A stretch of 64,000 bases of DNA from Myxococcota bacterium (lineage in GTDB: Bacteria; Myxococcota_A; UBA796; GCA-2862545). Below, piece by piece: positions 23,096 to 32,399 of this stretch. The stretch's first letter is position 1. Each line of letters begins with the position of its first letter. The notes below the pieces were generated by a model. It had not been told where the DNA came from and made no database searches. It was given only the letters and a program-made list of their open reading frames with translations. The translations under genes were made by a program, and so were the position numbers. The stretch is taken from the NCBI GenBank assembly GCA_039208735.1, contig JBCCQY010000032.1, positions 1 through 64,000 of the forward strand, given 5' to 3'.

Positions 23096-25342
23096 ATGAA
23101 TCGTCTCGCTGACCTCATCGTACGCCTGCCTTGGCTGTTTATCGGGGTGTTTCTCGTCGTGACACTTGCGTTTGCGACGCAGCTGCCGAGCGTCGAGGTC
23201 GACCCCGAAGTCAAAAATCAGCTCCCTCCAGATATGCCCGCACGCCTCAACATCGAGGCCATCGAGGCGGAGTTTGGCGGGTCCGAGATGGCGCTGGTGG
23301 TGTTGTCCGCCGATGACGTCTTGCAGCGACCGGTGCTTGAACAGCTCGAGAGCATCGGGGATGCGATCGCGGATCTGCCATTCGTGGTGCGGGTTCTCTC
23401 CCCGTTCACGCTCACGCGGATCGCAGGCCAGGACGGCTTCATGGAGGTGGGTCCTGCCATCGACGAGTTGCCTGACGACGAAGCAGACCGCGACGCCTTG
23501 GCGAAGTCGCTCACCGAAAACGAACTGGTCTACCGCAATGTGGTGAGTGAGGACTTCCGATCGATTGCCGCGATTGCGGTGCTGTCGACCGATGCCACGG
23601 ATGCGGTGACGATGGCCGAACTGCAAGCGGTGGTCGAGGACAATCCGGGTCCGGCCACGGTCGACATCGGTGGGATGCCCGATGTGCGCACCCACATGTC
23701 CGATGACATTCGCAGCGATGTGCGTCGCTTCCTGCCGGTCGGCCTTCTGGTGGTGCTGATCTTCCTCTACGTGTGCTTCCGTCAGCTTCGGGGCGTGCTG
23801 CTTCCGTTCAGCGTGGTGGTGATGTCGGTCATCGTTGCGATGGGCCTGATTCCGCTGATGGGCTGGAAGCTCCAGATCATGCAGGTCACCCTGCCGGTCA
23901 TCTTGCTCGCGGTGGCCAACGACTACGGCATTCACCTTATGGCTCGGTACCAAGAAGAGAACGTTCCGGGCCGGAAGCGCGAACGCATTCACCTGGCTCG
24001 CACCGTGCTCCTCGACCTTGGCCCTCCCGTTTTGGCGGCGGGCGTCACGACCATGGCGGGGCTGCTTTGCCTGCTCACTCATGTGGTGGTGCCGGCCCAG
24101 CAGCTTGGCGTGCTCGCCAGCGTGGGGGTCGGGTTTGCCCTGTTGTGTTCGCTGGCGTTCATTCCCGCGGTGCTTGCCGTGCTTCCCGTGCCCAAGCCGC
24201 TCGCGTCCCTCGCGTCCGATGAGGGCCCTACGGGTCTCGAGCGCGGATTGCACGCGGTCGCCTCCCAGGTGGTGCGGGCTCCAGGGCTCGCGATGGGCAT
24301 CGTGATTGGCGTGACGCTGCTCGTAGGAACCGGCATTCCGCTCCTCTCCGTCGACACCAACCCCGTCAATTACTACGACGCCGAGGCACCGGTGGCCCAA
24401 ACCACGCGGGGGATCAACCAGGCATTTGGCGGATCGACCGAGCTGTCGGTGATGTGGGAGGGGGACATCGTCGAGCCCGCCAAGATGGCGCAGATCGACG
24501 AACTCGAACGGGAACTACGGTCGAACCCTGATGTGGGCTACACCTCGTCGATCGCATCCATGATGCGGACGATGAACGTGGCGGTGTCTGGCCAGGCTGA
24601 TGCAGGGTTGCCCGACACGCGGGAAGCCACCGCCCAGCTGTTCTTGTTGTACGGGATGGGCGGTGATCCCGAAGATTTCGAGCGGGTCGTGGACTTCGAA
24701 CGGGAGCACGCGCTGCTGTCGGCCCGCATCAACACGCTGTCGACGGAACGCACCCAAGCGATTGTGTCCCGGGCTCAAGACGTCGTGGCCGATGATGGCA
24801 AGGTTGTCGTAGGTGGCTTTGGCGCCGTCTTCGCCGATCTCGTCGATGCAGTGGTGGAGGGGCAAATCGCGTCGTTGTCTCTGTCGTTGCTCATCGTGTT
24901 CGTTCTCGTGGCCTTCACCTTTCGTTCGGTGGGAGCCGGAGCGTGGGCGGTCGTCCCGTTGGTCCTTGCCATGCCGCTGTTGTTCGGGCTCATGGGACAC
25001 CTGGGCATCGAGCTGAACGTCATTACGGCAATGTTGTCCTCGATCATGGTCGGCGTGGGGGTCGACTACACCCTGCACTTCCTGTGGCGCTACCGATTGC
25101 TCCGCCGCGAAGGCCTCACGCCACCCGATGCAGTGCTGGAAACCCTCACCACCGTGGGCCGTGGCATTGTGTTCAACGCGTTGTCGGTCATCGTGGGGTT
25201 TGCGGTGCTGTTCATCAGCAACTTCCAGCCGGTGCAGTTCTTTGGATTCCTCGTGGTGATCAGCATTGGGGCCTGCTTGGTCGGAGCGCTCGTGTTGCTG
25301 CCCGCGATGGTACTGGTGTTCCGGCCTCGTTTTTTAGATTAG
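23096..25342 (+). CDS. MMPL/RND-superfamily transporter
   Basis: Two repeats of TM + periplasmic domain + 5 TM; AVANDYGIHL and GVGVDYTLHF motifs. Confidence 0.9.
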   Translation: MNRLADLIVRLPWLFIGVFLVVTLAFATQLPSVEVDPEVKNQLPPDMPARLNIEAIEAEFGGSEMALVVLSADDVLQRPVLEQLESIGDAIADLPFVVRVLSPFTLTRIAGQDGFMEVGPAIDELPDDEADRDALAKSLTENELVYRNVVSEDFRSIAAIAVLSTDATDAVTMAELQAVVEDNPGPATVDIGGMPDVRTHMSDDIRSDVRRFLPVGLLVVLIFLYVCFRQLRGVLLPFSVVVMSVIVAMGLIPLMGWKLQIMQVTLPVILLAVANDYGIHLMARYQEENVPGRKRERIHLARTVLLDLGPPVLAAGVTTMAGLLCLLTHVVVPAQQLGVLASVGVGFALLCSLAFIPAVLAVLPVPKPLASLASDEGPTGLERGLHAVASQVVRAPGLAMGIVIGVTLLVGTGIPLLSVDTNPVNYYDAEAPVAQTTRGINQAFGGSTELSVMWEGDIVEPAKMAQIDELERELRSNPDVGYTSSIASMMRTMNVAVSGQADAGLPDTREATAQLFLLYGMGGDPEDFERVVDFEREHALLSARINTLSTERTQAIVSRAQDVVADDGKVVVGGFGAVFADLVDAVVEGQIASLSLSLLIVFVLVAFTFRSVGAGAWAVVPLVLAMPLLFGLMGHLGIELNVITAMLSSIMVGVGVDYTLHFLWRYRLLRREGLTPPDAVLETLTTVGRGIVFNALSVIVGFAVLFISNFQPVQFFGFLVVISIGACLVGALVLLPAMVLVFRPRFLD

Positions 25343-25351
25343 GCTCGGGCG

Positions 25352-27380
25352 ATGGCCGATCGCCACGACCTCATCCGGGCCCTTGAGCTTTGGTGAGCCA
25401 CGCGACATCCGCATCTGGTTCACCTCGTCGAGCGATTCGGGGAGTTGGAGCGCGATGTCACGCCACCCCCCGAGGTCGAGGACGACTACATGTGGACGTG
25501 GCTGCTGGGTTCGGTGCCCCCCACTCGGGTGCCTACGATCCTCGAAGCCCTCGGTGAGGACCGCAACAGCGAGCGGGTTGCGCAGCGGTTGAAGACGCTT
25601 TGGGAAGCCAGCCCCGACCCGCGCATCGTGACGAGAGCCCGTCGGTGGGCCATCGAATCTTCACTTCACGCTTCGATTCCCCCATTGGCCATGGTGGAAC
25701 GTCATCAAGAGTGTGCTTGGAGAGGGACTTCCTTCGGACTCCAACTGCGAGGCAATGCGTCACGCGGTCTGGGAGCGGCACGCTCCCTTGACCAAGGCCG
25801 CACGCAAAGTGGCCAATTTGCTTGGCCGCCTCCACCTCGTGGCGCCTGCCGCAAGCGAACTCGCCCCGCAGGACCAAGCCTTTGTAGAGGCGGGCCTCGC
25901 CACCTTCCCCCTCCCCACGCCGCCACCAACTGCGGTGGTTGATGCGAACGATCTCCTCGGTGAAATTGCCGCCAATGTGGATGACCTCACGCCTCGCCAT
26001 GTGTTGGCGGACTGGTGGCTTGCCGAGGGTCAGCCTGCAGGGACGTTCCTTCGTGACCAACTCGCCCGTGCGGAACGGGACCGGGGGGATCCGTGGCGTG
26101 CCCCGGTCATGGGGGCTTCGGAGCGCGACTGGCTGAAGCGAGCACAGGTGCTCTACGGCAAGCTTGCACAGTGTTCGCTCATTGTGCGGGGGGGCTTCCC
26201 CGAATCCCTCGCTCTGCCGGAGCCGGAGCGCTGGAGTCGCCTACGCGCCGCGCTGGATGTCGCATCACCGGTCCAGCATCTTTCGTTGATCCCCGATCCC
26301 CGCCGGTTCGTCCGCCACGTTGAAGTCACGGATCCTCACGGAGATCCGGCTCTGGACACCGACGAATGGCCGAATCTTCGCCATGTCAGCGGATTGACCA
26401 CAGGCCAACTTCTTTCGATCGTGAGGGCCTTCCCGCAGCTCGAGCGCGTGGGCGTGACTCCGTTCGACGACGTGCCTGGACGGGAGTTGCGGAACGCCTG
26501 GTTGGCGTCACCGACGTTGAATCGGGTGGATCTCCAGATCCAGGATCTTCGGGATGTGGGTTGGCTCCCGTCCTTTGCGGTGCCTCATCTTGCGCTGCAC
26601 CTCCAACGGCCTCGTCGCTTCGCGGATCTGGGTTTGGCGTCCGTGTTGCAGATGGTGCCGTCACAGACGCAGATCGTGGACCTTCATTTGTGGCGTGGAC
26701 TGGGCTTGCGCCTGGTTCGCACCGGTTCGGCTTGGCGAGCCGTCTTTGAGGCGATGGGATCGTGGCATTCGCCCATTCGACGTCAGAGCCCCCCGCCTCG
26801 CGAAGGGTGGCACATCGACCTCGATCTGCTGCAGGAACTCGTCCAGCGCGATCTTGTCGAGCCCCCTTCTCAGACCGAGCCAATCGTCGGCCTGGGTTTC
26901 GCCGCGACTCGGCTGGCCTCGCTTGGGGTGCTGGACGGACATGCGATTGGCGCGCTGGCCTGGCTGCATCCCCAGGTGCCGTGGCCTCGGTTGCCACCGG
27001 TCGACGAACTGCGATTGATCGGGATCGACCAGCTCAGCATGGTTTCCCTGCGGACGCGCCCCGATCTGGGAACGCTGGCGGTGCTCTCCGCGAACGGGGT
27101 GCGCGATCGCGCCTACCGCGATGCAAACGGTGGGTTTGAACGGATCGAACTTTTTCACGAGACCAACGGGTGGGACAATTCCCAATTGGCTTCCGCGTTC
27201 GCCCAGGAAGGGGCGTCGATCGAAGCGTGCGGCCCTTGGAGGCTTGATGAATGGCGCGCTGTCAACGCCGTCTGCCAGGCCTTTAAGGTTGACGCAAAGG
27301 CCCCGAGCGACGTTGTTCTGCGTCGTCCCGCTGCGGTTTCGGGAGTGGGATGGGCGCACCGACGGCGCGTGGCTGGCTGA
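25352..27380 (+). pseudogene. Disrupted TIGR02996-domain (repeat-companion) protein
   Basis: ATG 25352 MADRHDLIRALELW, then in-frame TGA at 25394-25396, then ATRHPHLVHLVE continues in frame. A frame change near 25660-25700 leads into the 25713..27380 frame, which carries LLGEIAANVDDLTPRHVLADWW...GTFLRDQL. Confidence 0.55.
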
Positions 27381-27411
27381 TTAAGCTAAGGTCGCGTTGC
27401 GGGGGGCTTCG

Positions 27412-28941
27412 ATGATGCGAGCTGTCGCGGGACTGCTGGTTCTCGGCGTGGTCGCGTGTGCGAAACCGGGAACGGTCGAATCTCCCAACGAAACCCCGCT
27501 TCAACGCCAGGCGCAAGTGGCCCAGATCGAGGGGCCGGACCAAACCCTCGAGCGGGCACGTCTTGCTTCGATGGCCCTGGCGGTGGGCGAAACCGATCTG
27601 GCCGAGAAGACGCTGCGACAGGTGGTGCAGCGGGTGCAGGACTTCAGGGCGGACGGGGAGTTTCGTGCACTGGTGGGCCAGGAATCTCGAAAGGAATGGA
27701 AGGGCGATCCGTCCGAGAAAATGATGGCCTTCTTCTATCTGGGGACGTTGCTCCTCGAGAAGGGGGACTACGGCAATGCCCTGGCCATGTCGAAGGCGGC
27801 CATCCTGGCCGACACGGGGACCTCGCGGCTGCAGTACCGCGCTGACTTTGTGCCGGCTTACGTCCTAAGGGCGCTGGCCTACCAAGGCCTGGGCAAGGCG
27901 GCTTCTGCGAAAACGGCCATCGATGAGGCGGTGGCCGCAGTTCGCGTGCGAGTACTGACCGGTCACCTCACGGCCCTTTTTGAATCGGCGACGCTGCCTG
28001 AAGAAATGGCTTTCGATGCGGGTGCGAACGCGGCGGCCCGGGCGCTGTTGCTCGAGGCGTTGCCCGCAGGACTACGCCAACACCCCGATGACCCCCAAGC
28101 GGCGGTTCGGGCCACCCTGTCGCGCGCCACCGAACTTCGCGAGATCGTGTTGGATACGCGTCGCCGGCGTCGTCCCGGTTCGTTGTCCGCGATCCGACGG
28201 AGCGATGCGCGGCGGGCCTTTGATGTGCTCGGGCCGTTGGCCGAGGCGTGGCGCACCATCGTCGCAGACGACGCCATGGCCCCCTTGAAGGACGTCGCCG
28301 AGGCCGAAGGGTTGCTTCGCGGATTGGTCAACGACCCTCCCTCGCTCGTGCTTTGGCTCGAAAGTGGACGGGCACCGCGTCGCTTTCGCGATGGCACCCA
28401 CGGCCAGATCCTCCGGCTTCAGCCCTGGCCCGCGGAACCTCCCCCCGAGGTTCGACTCGATGGGCGGAGCCTCGCTGTCCACCCTCTCGACAGCGTCGCG
28501 TTTCAGGCCACGACCCGGGGCGGGCGTCGCATCGATGGGTTTCTTAAGGGCAAAGCGGTGTTCAAAGACACGGCGAGCGTGCTTGGGGCTGCATTGCTCG
28601 TGACCGGCGATGCCATGAACGATGATGCGGGGGCGGTGGTACAGCTCGTCGGCGCCGCGCTGTGGCTTGGTGGAGCCATCGCAAATCCTGCGGCCGATAT
28701 TCGAGCGTGGAGCCAGCTTCCCGACCGTCTTTGGCTGGTACGGGCCGAACCCTCACCGGGGTCCCATCGGCTGACGATCGGCGACCGGTCCTACACGGTC
28801 CAGGTGCCCGATGGGGGCACCGTCTCGCATCTCATTCCGGGGCGGGAACCTGGTGGTCCCGCTACATTCGGCGAACCCTGTCGACGGTGTGATCCACCGC
28901 CTGCCGAGGTCCCGCTGGCCATTCCCGAACCCTCGAGGTGA
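27412..28941 (+). CDS. Lipoprotein with TPR-like region (COG3014-like)
   Basis: Lipobox GVVAC; WKGDPSEKMM, ESGRAP and ADIRAWSQLP motifs; immediately upstream of an lpoB-like gene. Confidence 0.7.
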   Translation: MMRAVAGLLVLGVVACAKPGTVESPNETPLQRQAQVAQIEGPDQTLERARLASMALAVGETDLAEKTLRQVVQRVQDFRADGEFRALVGQESRKEWKGDPSEKMMAFFYLGTLLLEKGDYGNALAMSKAAILADTGTSRLQYRADFVPAYVLRALAYQGLGKAASAKTAIDEAVAAVRVRVLTGHLTALFESATLPEEMAFDAGANAAARALLLEALPAGLRQHPDDPQAAVRATLSRATELREIVLDTRRRRRPGSLSAIRRSDARRAFDVLGPLAEAWRTIVADDAMAPLKDVAEAEGLLRGLVNDPPSLVLWLESGRAPRRFRDGTHGQILRLQPWPAEPPPEVRLDGRSLAVHPLDSVAFQATTRGGRRIDGFLKGKAVFKDTASVLGAALLVTGDAMNDDAGAVVQLVGAALWLGGAIANPAADIRAWSQLPDRLWLVRAEPSPGSHRLTIGDRSYTVQVPDGGTVSHLIPGREPGGPATFGEPCRRCDPPPAEVPLAIPEPSR

Positions 28942-28944
28942 TCC

Positions 28945-29526
28945 ATGAAGCGCACCCTCGCCACGCTCGTTGTGGCCCTCTTTGTCGTCGCTGGCTGCAA
29001 CCGAAAGGCCAAGTACGTCGATCCGGATGGCCCGTCCCGGGTCGAAGGCACGGGCATTGAGTCGCGCGATGTGCGCGCAGTCGTGGCCCAGATGTCCGAG
29101 GACATCGTTCAGGCGCTTGGCTCGGGTGAGGGCATGCCTCCTCGCGTGGCCGTTTTGCCTGTCACCAATGAGTCCCGTTTCCTGATCGACCAGGAGATCT
29201 TCACGACGCTCATCACCGATGAGCTGGTGTCGAACGCCAAGGGACGCTTGGCCATCGTAAACCGCGAACGCATCGATGAGATCATGGCCGAACGGGCCAT
29301 GAAGGCTCGCGGTGAAGTCACCGATGACGGAATCATCAAAGGGCTGGCAGGCGTCGACTACCTGCTGGAAGGGGAGGTTCGCAGTTTGTCCGCCTCCACG
29401 AATCGCGCGCAGACGGACTATGTCGTCATCCGCTTTCAGCTCACCGATGCCGAGTCCAGCATCGTGTCGTGGTCGAGCCGCTACGAAATGAAGAAGGAAG
29501 GCAGCTGGGGCGTGCTCTACCAGTGA
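28945..29526 (+). CDS. LpoB-like / CsgG-fold lipoprotein (penicillin-binding protein activator family)
   Basis: Lipobox VVAGC; GIESRD, VAVLPVTNES, AGVDYLLEGEV, QLTDAESSIVSWS. Confidence 0.78.
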   Translation: MKRTLATLVVALFVVAGCNRKAKYVDPDGPSRVEGTGIESRDVRAVVAQMSEDIVQALGSGEGMPPRVAVLPVTNESRFLIDQEIFTTLITDELVSNAKGRLAIVNRERIDEIMAERAMKARGEVTDDGIIKGLAGVDYLLEGEVRSLSASTNRAQTDYVVIRFQLTDAESSIVSWSSRYEMKKEGSWGVLYQ

Positions 29527-29529
29527 TCG

Positions 29530-30039
29530 CTACATGAGGTCGTGGCGGAGGACGAGGAACGTCCATTGCTCGGTCCGCCGGTCCGCCACCCGAAAACCCT
29601 CGCTCTCGAAGAGGCCACGTAGGGGCGTATTGTCGACGTGAATGTGCACGTCGGCGTGAGACACCCTGCGCTCCTTCAACCAATCGAGGTTGCGCCTTAA
29701 GAATTGGCGGGCCAACCCTTGGCGTCGATAGTTCGGAAGGACGTAGCGGCTCCAGAAGTAGCCGTAGGGCGTGTTTGCTTCATCGCGTCGAAGGACTACG
29801 ATCGAGTGGCCTACGATGCGGGCTTCCGGATCGCGAGCCACGAGGTACTGCTGCTGGGGATTATCGGCTCCCGCGGTGATGATGCGCCGGTGGGCGGCGA
29901 AGCCGAAATGCGGCATCGTCGCGGGGTCGACGCGCATCTCGGGCCGAGACTCCCACAGCGTCATCACGCTGAACACACTGACGTGGTCCAGCTCCTGGTC
30001 AGATTTGGGGTCGAGGGGACGAATGTCGAAGGCGGTCAT
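29530..30039 (-). CDS. GNAT acetyltransferase
   Basis: YVLPNYRRQGLA acetyl-CoA motif; N...LFESEGF. Confidence 0.85.
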   Translation of the reverse strand: MTAFDIRPLDPKSDQELDHVSVFSVMTLWESRPEMRVDPATMPHFGFAAHRRIITAGADNPQQQYLVARDPEARIVGHSIVVLRRDEANTPYGYFWSRYVLPNYRRQGLARQFLRRNLDWLKERRVSHADVHIHVDNTPLRGLFESEGFRVADRRTEQWTFLVLRHDLM

Positions 30040-30045
30040 GGCTTG

Positions 30046-30051
30046 ATCCTA
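30046..30051 (-). promoter_or_regulatory. -10 box of a probable leaderless transcript
   Basis: Minus strand reads TAGGAT-CAAGCC-ATG with no SD sequence. Confidence 0.45.
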
Positions 30052-30073
30052 CACGACCCAGGGCACGGCGACC

Positions 30074-30814
30074 TCATCGTTCGACCAAGATCACCGGAAC
30101 CGTGGCTTCAAGCTGGACTGGGCCTTCGAGTTGAGACCCTACAACCTCAAGTTCACCCACGCGTTGCCACGCGACGACCGCGAGGTCGGGCTGCCAAACC
30201 TCGACCACCGTACCGTCTGGCAGACCGTGGTCGATGTCGAACCGGGCGGGCATGGTGGCGGTGTACCGGTAGGGAGCGAGAAGCCAGCTCGCCACGATGG
30301 GTTCCTGGTTGAAGGGGAGATCCGCCCGGACGGCGGCCAGCGTGGAGGTTGGCGGTTCAAACGGCGGGGGGGAGACGTCGTCTGCGCCCACGTTCACCAA
30401 GAGTCCGTCGCCGATGTCGACGAAGTCCGCGGGGTTGGGCAACGAGGTTCCCGAAGGAGCTTGGGGGAGCACGATGGCGTGTTCCACTTCGTCGCCAGCT
30501 TCAACCTCGAAGACGAAGGTGGCGGTCATCCATGCCCCGTTCGCATCGGACACCTCGGCGGCCAGGGGGCCGGGCTCCAATTCGGCGGTCAGCCGACCGT
30601 CGGCATCGGTGCTCGACCTCATCGACGACGCGCCGCGATGGATGTCCACCGTCAGACCAGGCAGCGCGGTGCCCGTGGGGTCCTCGACGAGGAGAGACCA
30701 GAGGGCCGTGGTCAACGGTTCGGGGTTCTCGCCTGGCTGGGGTTGGGGGCGTCGCACGGGCGGCCCCATCCAGGGTCCTGATGAACCCGCACAGGCGACG
30801 AGAAGGGTGATCAC
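30074..30814 (-). CDS. Putative lipoprotein with carboxypeptidase-regulatory-like beta domain
   Basis: Short lipobox LLVAC; VEDPTGTALPGLTV...TDADG motif. Confidence 0.6.
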   Translation of the reverse strand: MITLLVACAGSSGPWMGPPVRRPQPQPGENPEPLTTALWSLLVEDPTGTALPGLTVDIHRGASSMRSSTDADGRLTAELEPGPLAAEVSDANGAWMTATFVFEVEAGDEVEHAIVLPQAPSGTSLPNPADFVDIGDGLLVNVGADDVSPPPFEPPTSTLAAVRADLPFNQEPIVASWLLAPYRYTATMPARFDIDHGLPDGTVVEVWQPDLAVVAWQRVGELEVVGSQLEGPVQLEATVPVILVER

Positions 30815-30870
30815 GACTTCCCCCGGGGAATGGCCTCAGGGTGCCTGTGAATCATCGTTGAAGCAAGCGC

Positions 30871-31230
30871 TCAATCGGCCCAGCTTCGTTCGGCTAAGAC
30901 CGCAAGGCCAAGCCCGACGCCGTACATCGCCAAATCGATCGGGTCGAAGGTGGAGCCGAAGATGAGGTGTACGATCAACGGAGCGTCGGGACCCACCAAC
31001 TGAAGGCCTTGCAGCAGCTCAACGCCGAGCGCGAGGACCCCGACCCCCAATACCCGCTGACGAGGTGTACCTAGGTTGAAGGCCGCGAGTCCGGCGACGA
31101 GCAAGACCACTACGGCGATGTCGCCGACCGAACCACGGATCCAGGACATTCCAGGTCCTTGGTAGGCGACCACCCCAACGCAGACGGCGAACGCGGCAAC
31201 CATGACAAGAAAGGCGCGAGTTTGTTTCAT
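30871..31230 (-). CDS. DUF2809-like membrane protein
   Basis: IRGSVGD, VELLQ, GSTFDPIDLAMY motifs. Confidence 0.75.
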   Translation of the reverse strand: MKQTRAFLVMVAAFAVCVGVVAYQGPGMSWIRGSVGDIAVVVLLVAGLAAFNLGTPRQRVLGVGVLALGVELLQGLQLVGPDAPLIVHLIFGSTFDPIDLAMYGVGLGLAVLAERSWAD

Positions 31231-32399
31231 GCGTCCGACCTATCCGTCGGAGTGCGCAAGATTCGTGCAGCAGGGCCGTCGTTTTCGTTGATCGGGATCA
31301 ACGCATCGACCAGACGCTGCACCACCCCATCGGCAAGCGGCACGCCGACCGGGGTGAGCGTGAGTCGGTCGCCCGCCACCGCAACCACGCCTCCGGCGAG
31401 GAGCCCCCGAACGACGGTTGGATCGGGCTCGAGGCCCGTGCGTTGTCGGAGGTGCCCGAGCGATACCCCTTCGACGAACCGTAGGCCACCAATGAGCTGG
31501 TCCATGGCCGCTTCTTGAGCGGTGGGATGCTCCCCCACTGGCCAAGGCGTGGACAACCATGTGGTGAGGTGGGCGGGATTCTTCCACCGCTCTCCTTCGA
31601 ATCCCGATCCGTGCGCTCCTGGTCCCAGTCCTACATAAGGTCGGTTGGTCCAATAGAGTTGGTTGTGGGCGCAGCGATGGCCGGGCTTCGCGAAGGTCGA
31701 CACCTCGTAGCGCTCGTACCCGGCACCCCCGAGCCATTCGGCCGCGTCGTCGAACATCTGCCGCCAGGTCTCGTCATCGACCGGCATCAGACGTCCTCGC
31801 GCCACGGCGCGCGCGAACGAAGTTTCTGGCTCGATCGTCAACCCATACAACGACACGTGAGGTACCCCCAGTGTCGTCACCCGTCGCAGGTCATCGCGAA
31901 ACATCTGGGCGGACTGCCCAGGTACCGCGAAGATGAGATCGATGGACCAGGTTCGCAGTCCGGCCTGGGCGATGCGTTGAATGGCAGCTTCAGCCTGGGG
32001 AGAGGTGTGACCACGCCCCAATCGACGTGCAACCTCGGGAATGAAACTCTGCACGCCAAGCGAAATGCGGTTGATCCCCGCGTCGATCACCTCGGCGAGC
32101 CAGGCGTCATCGATGTCCTCGGGATTCGCTTCCGCGGTGATCTCCGCATCGGAGGCGGGGGCGAGGGCCTCGATCATCGTGGCGAACGCGGTTCCGTCGA
32201 TGCGCGACGGGGTGCCGCCACCGAAGAAGATGGTGGCAGGGGGGCCAGGGGCCAAGGCGAGCCGTGCCTTCGCTTCAGCCACCACCCGAGCCACGAACGG
32301 GTCGGCATCGGGGCGACCAGCCTGGGGCAGGATGTCGAAGTGGCAGTACGGGCAGCGAGCCCGACACCAGGGCACGTGAACGTAGACCCCAAAGGTCAC
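31227..32399 (-). CDS. hemW: Radical SAM heme chaperone HemW
   Basis: YVHVPWCRARCPYCHF, IFFGGGTPS, EANP, RISLGVQSF, YEVSTFA, HNQLYW. Confidence 0.9.
   Translation of the reverse strand: MTFGVYVHVPWCRARCPYCHFDILPQAGRPDADPFVARVVAEAKARLALAPGPPATIFFGGGTPSRIDGTAFATMIEALAPASDAEITAEANPEDIDDAWLAEVIDAGINRISLGVQSFIPEVARRLGRGHTSPQAEAAIQRIAQAGLRTWSIDLIFAVPGQSAQMFRDDLRRVTTLGVPHVSLYGLTIEPETSFARAVARGRLMPVDDETWRQMFDDAAEWLGGAGYERYEVSTFAKPGHRCAHNQLYWTNRPYVGLGPGAHGSGFEGERWKNPAHLTTWLSTPWPVGEHPTAQEAAMDQLIGGLRFVEGVSLGHLRQRTGLEPDPTVVRGLLAGGVVAVAGDRLTLTPVGVPLADGVVQRLVDALIPINENDGPAARILRTPTDRSDA

Noticed and set aside
25394..25396. TGA as selenocysteine or genetic-code reassignment
   Set aside because: Context suggests Arg rather than Cys; TGA ends many genes in this window; a second lesion supports a pseudogene.
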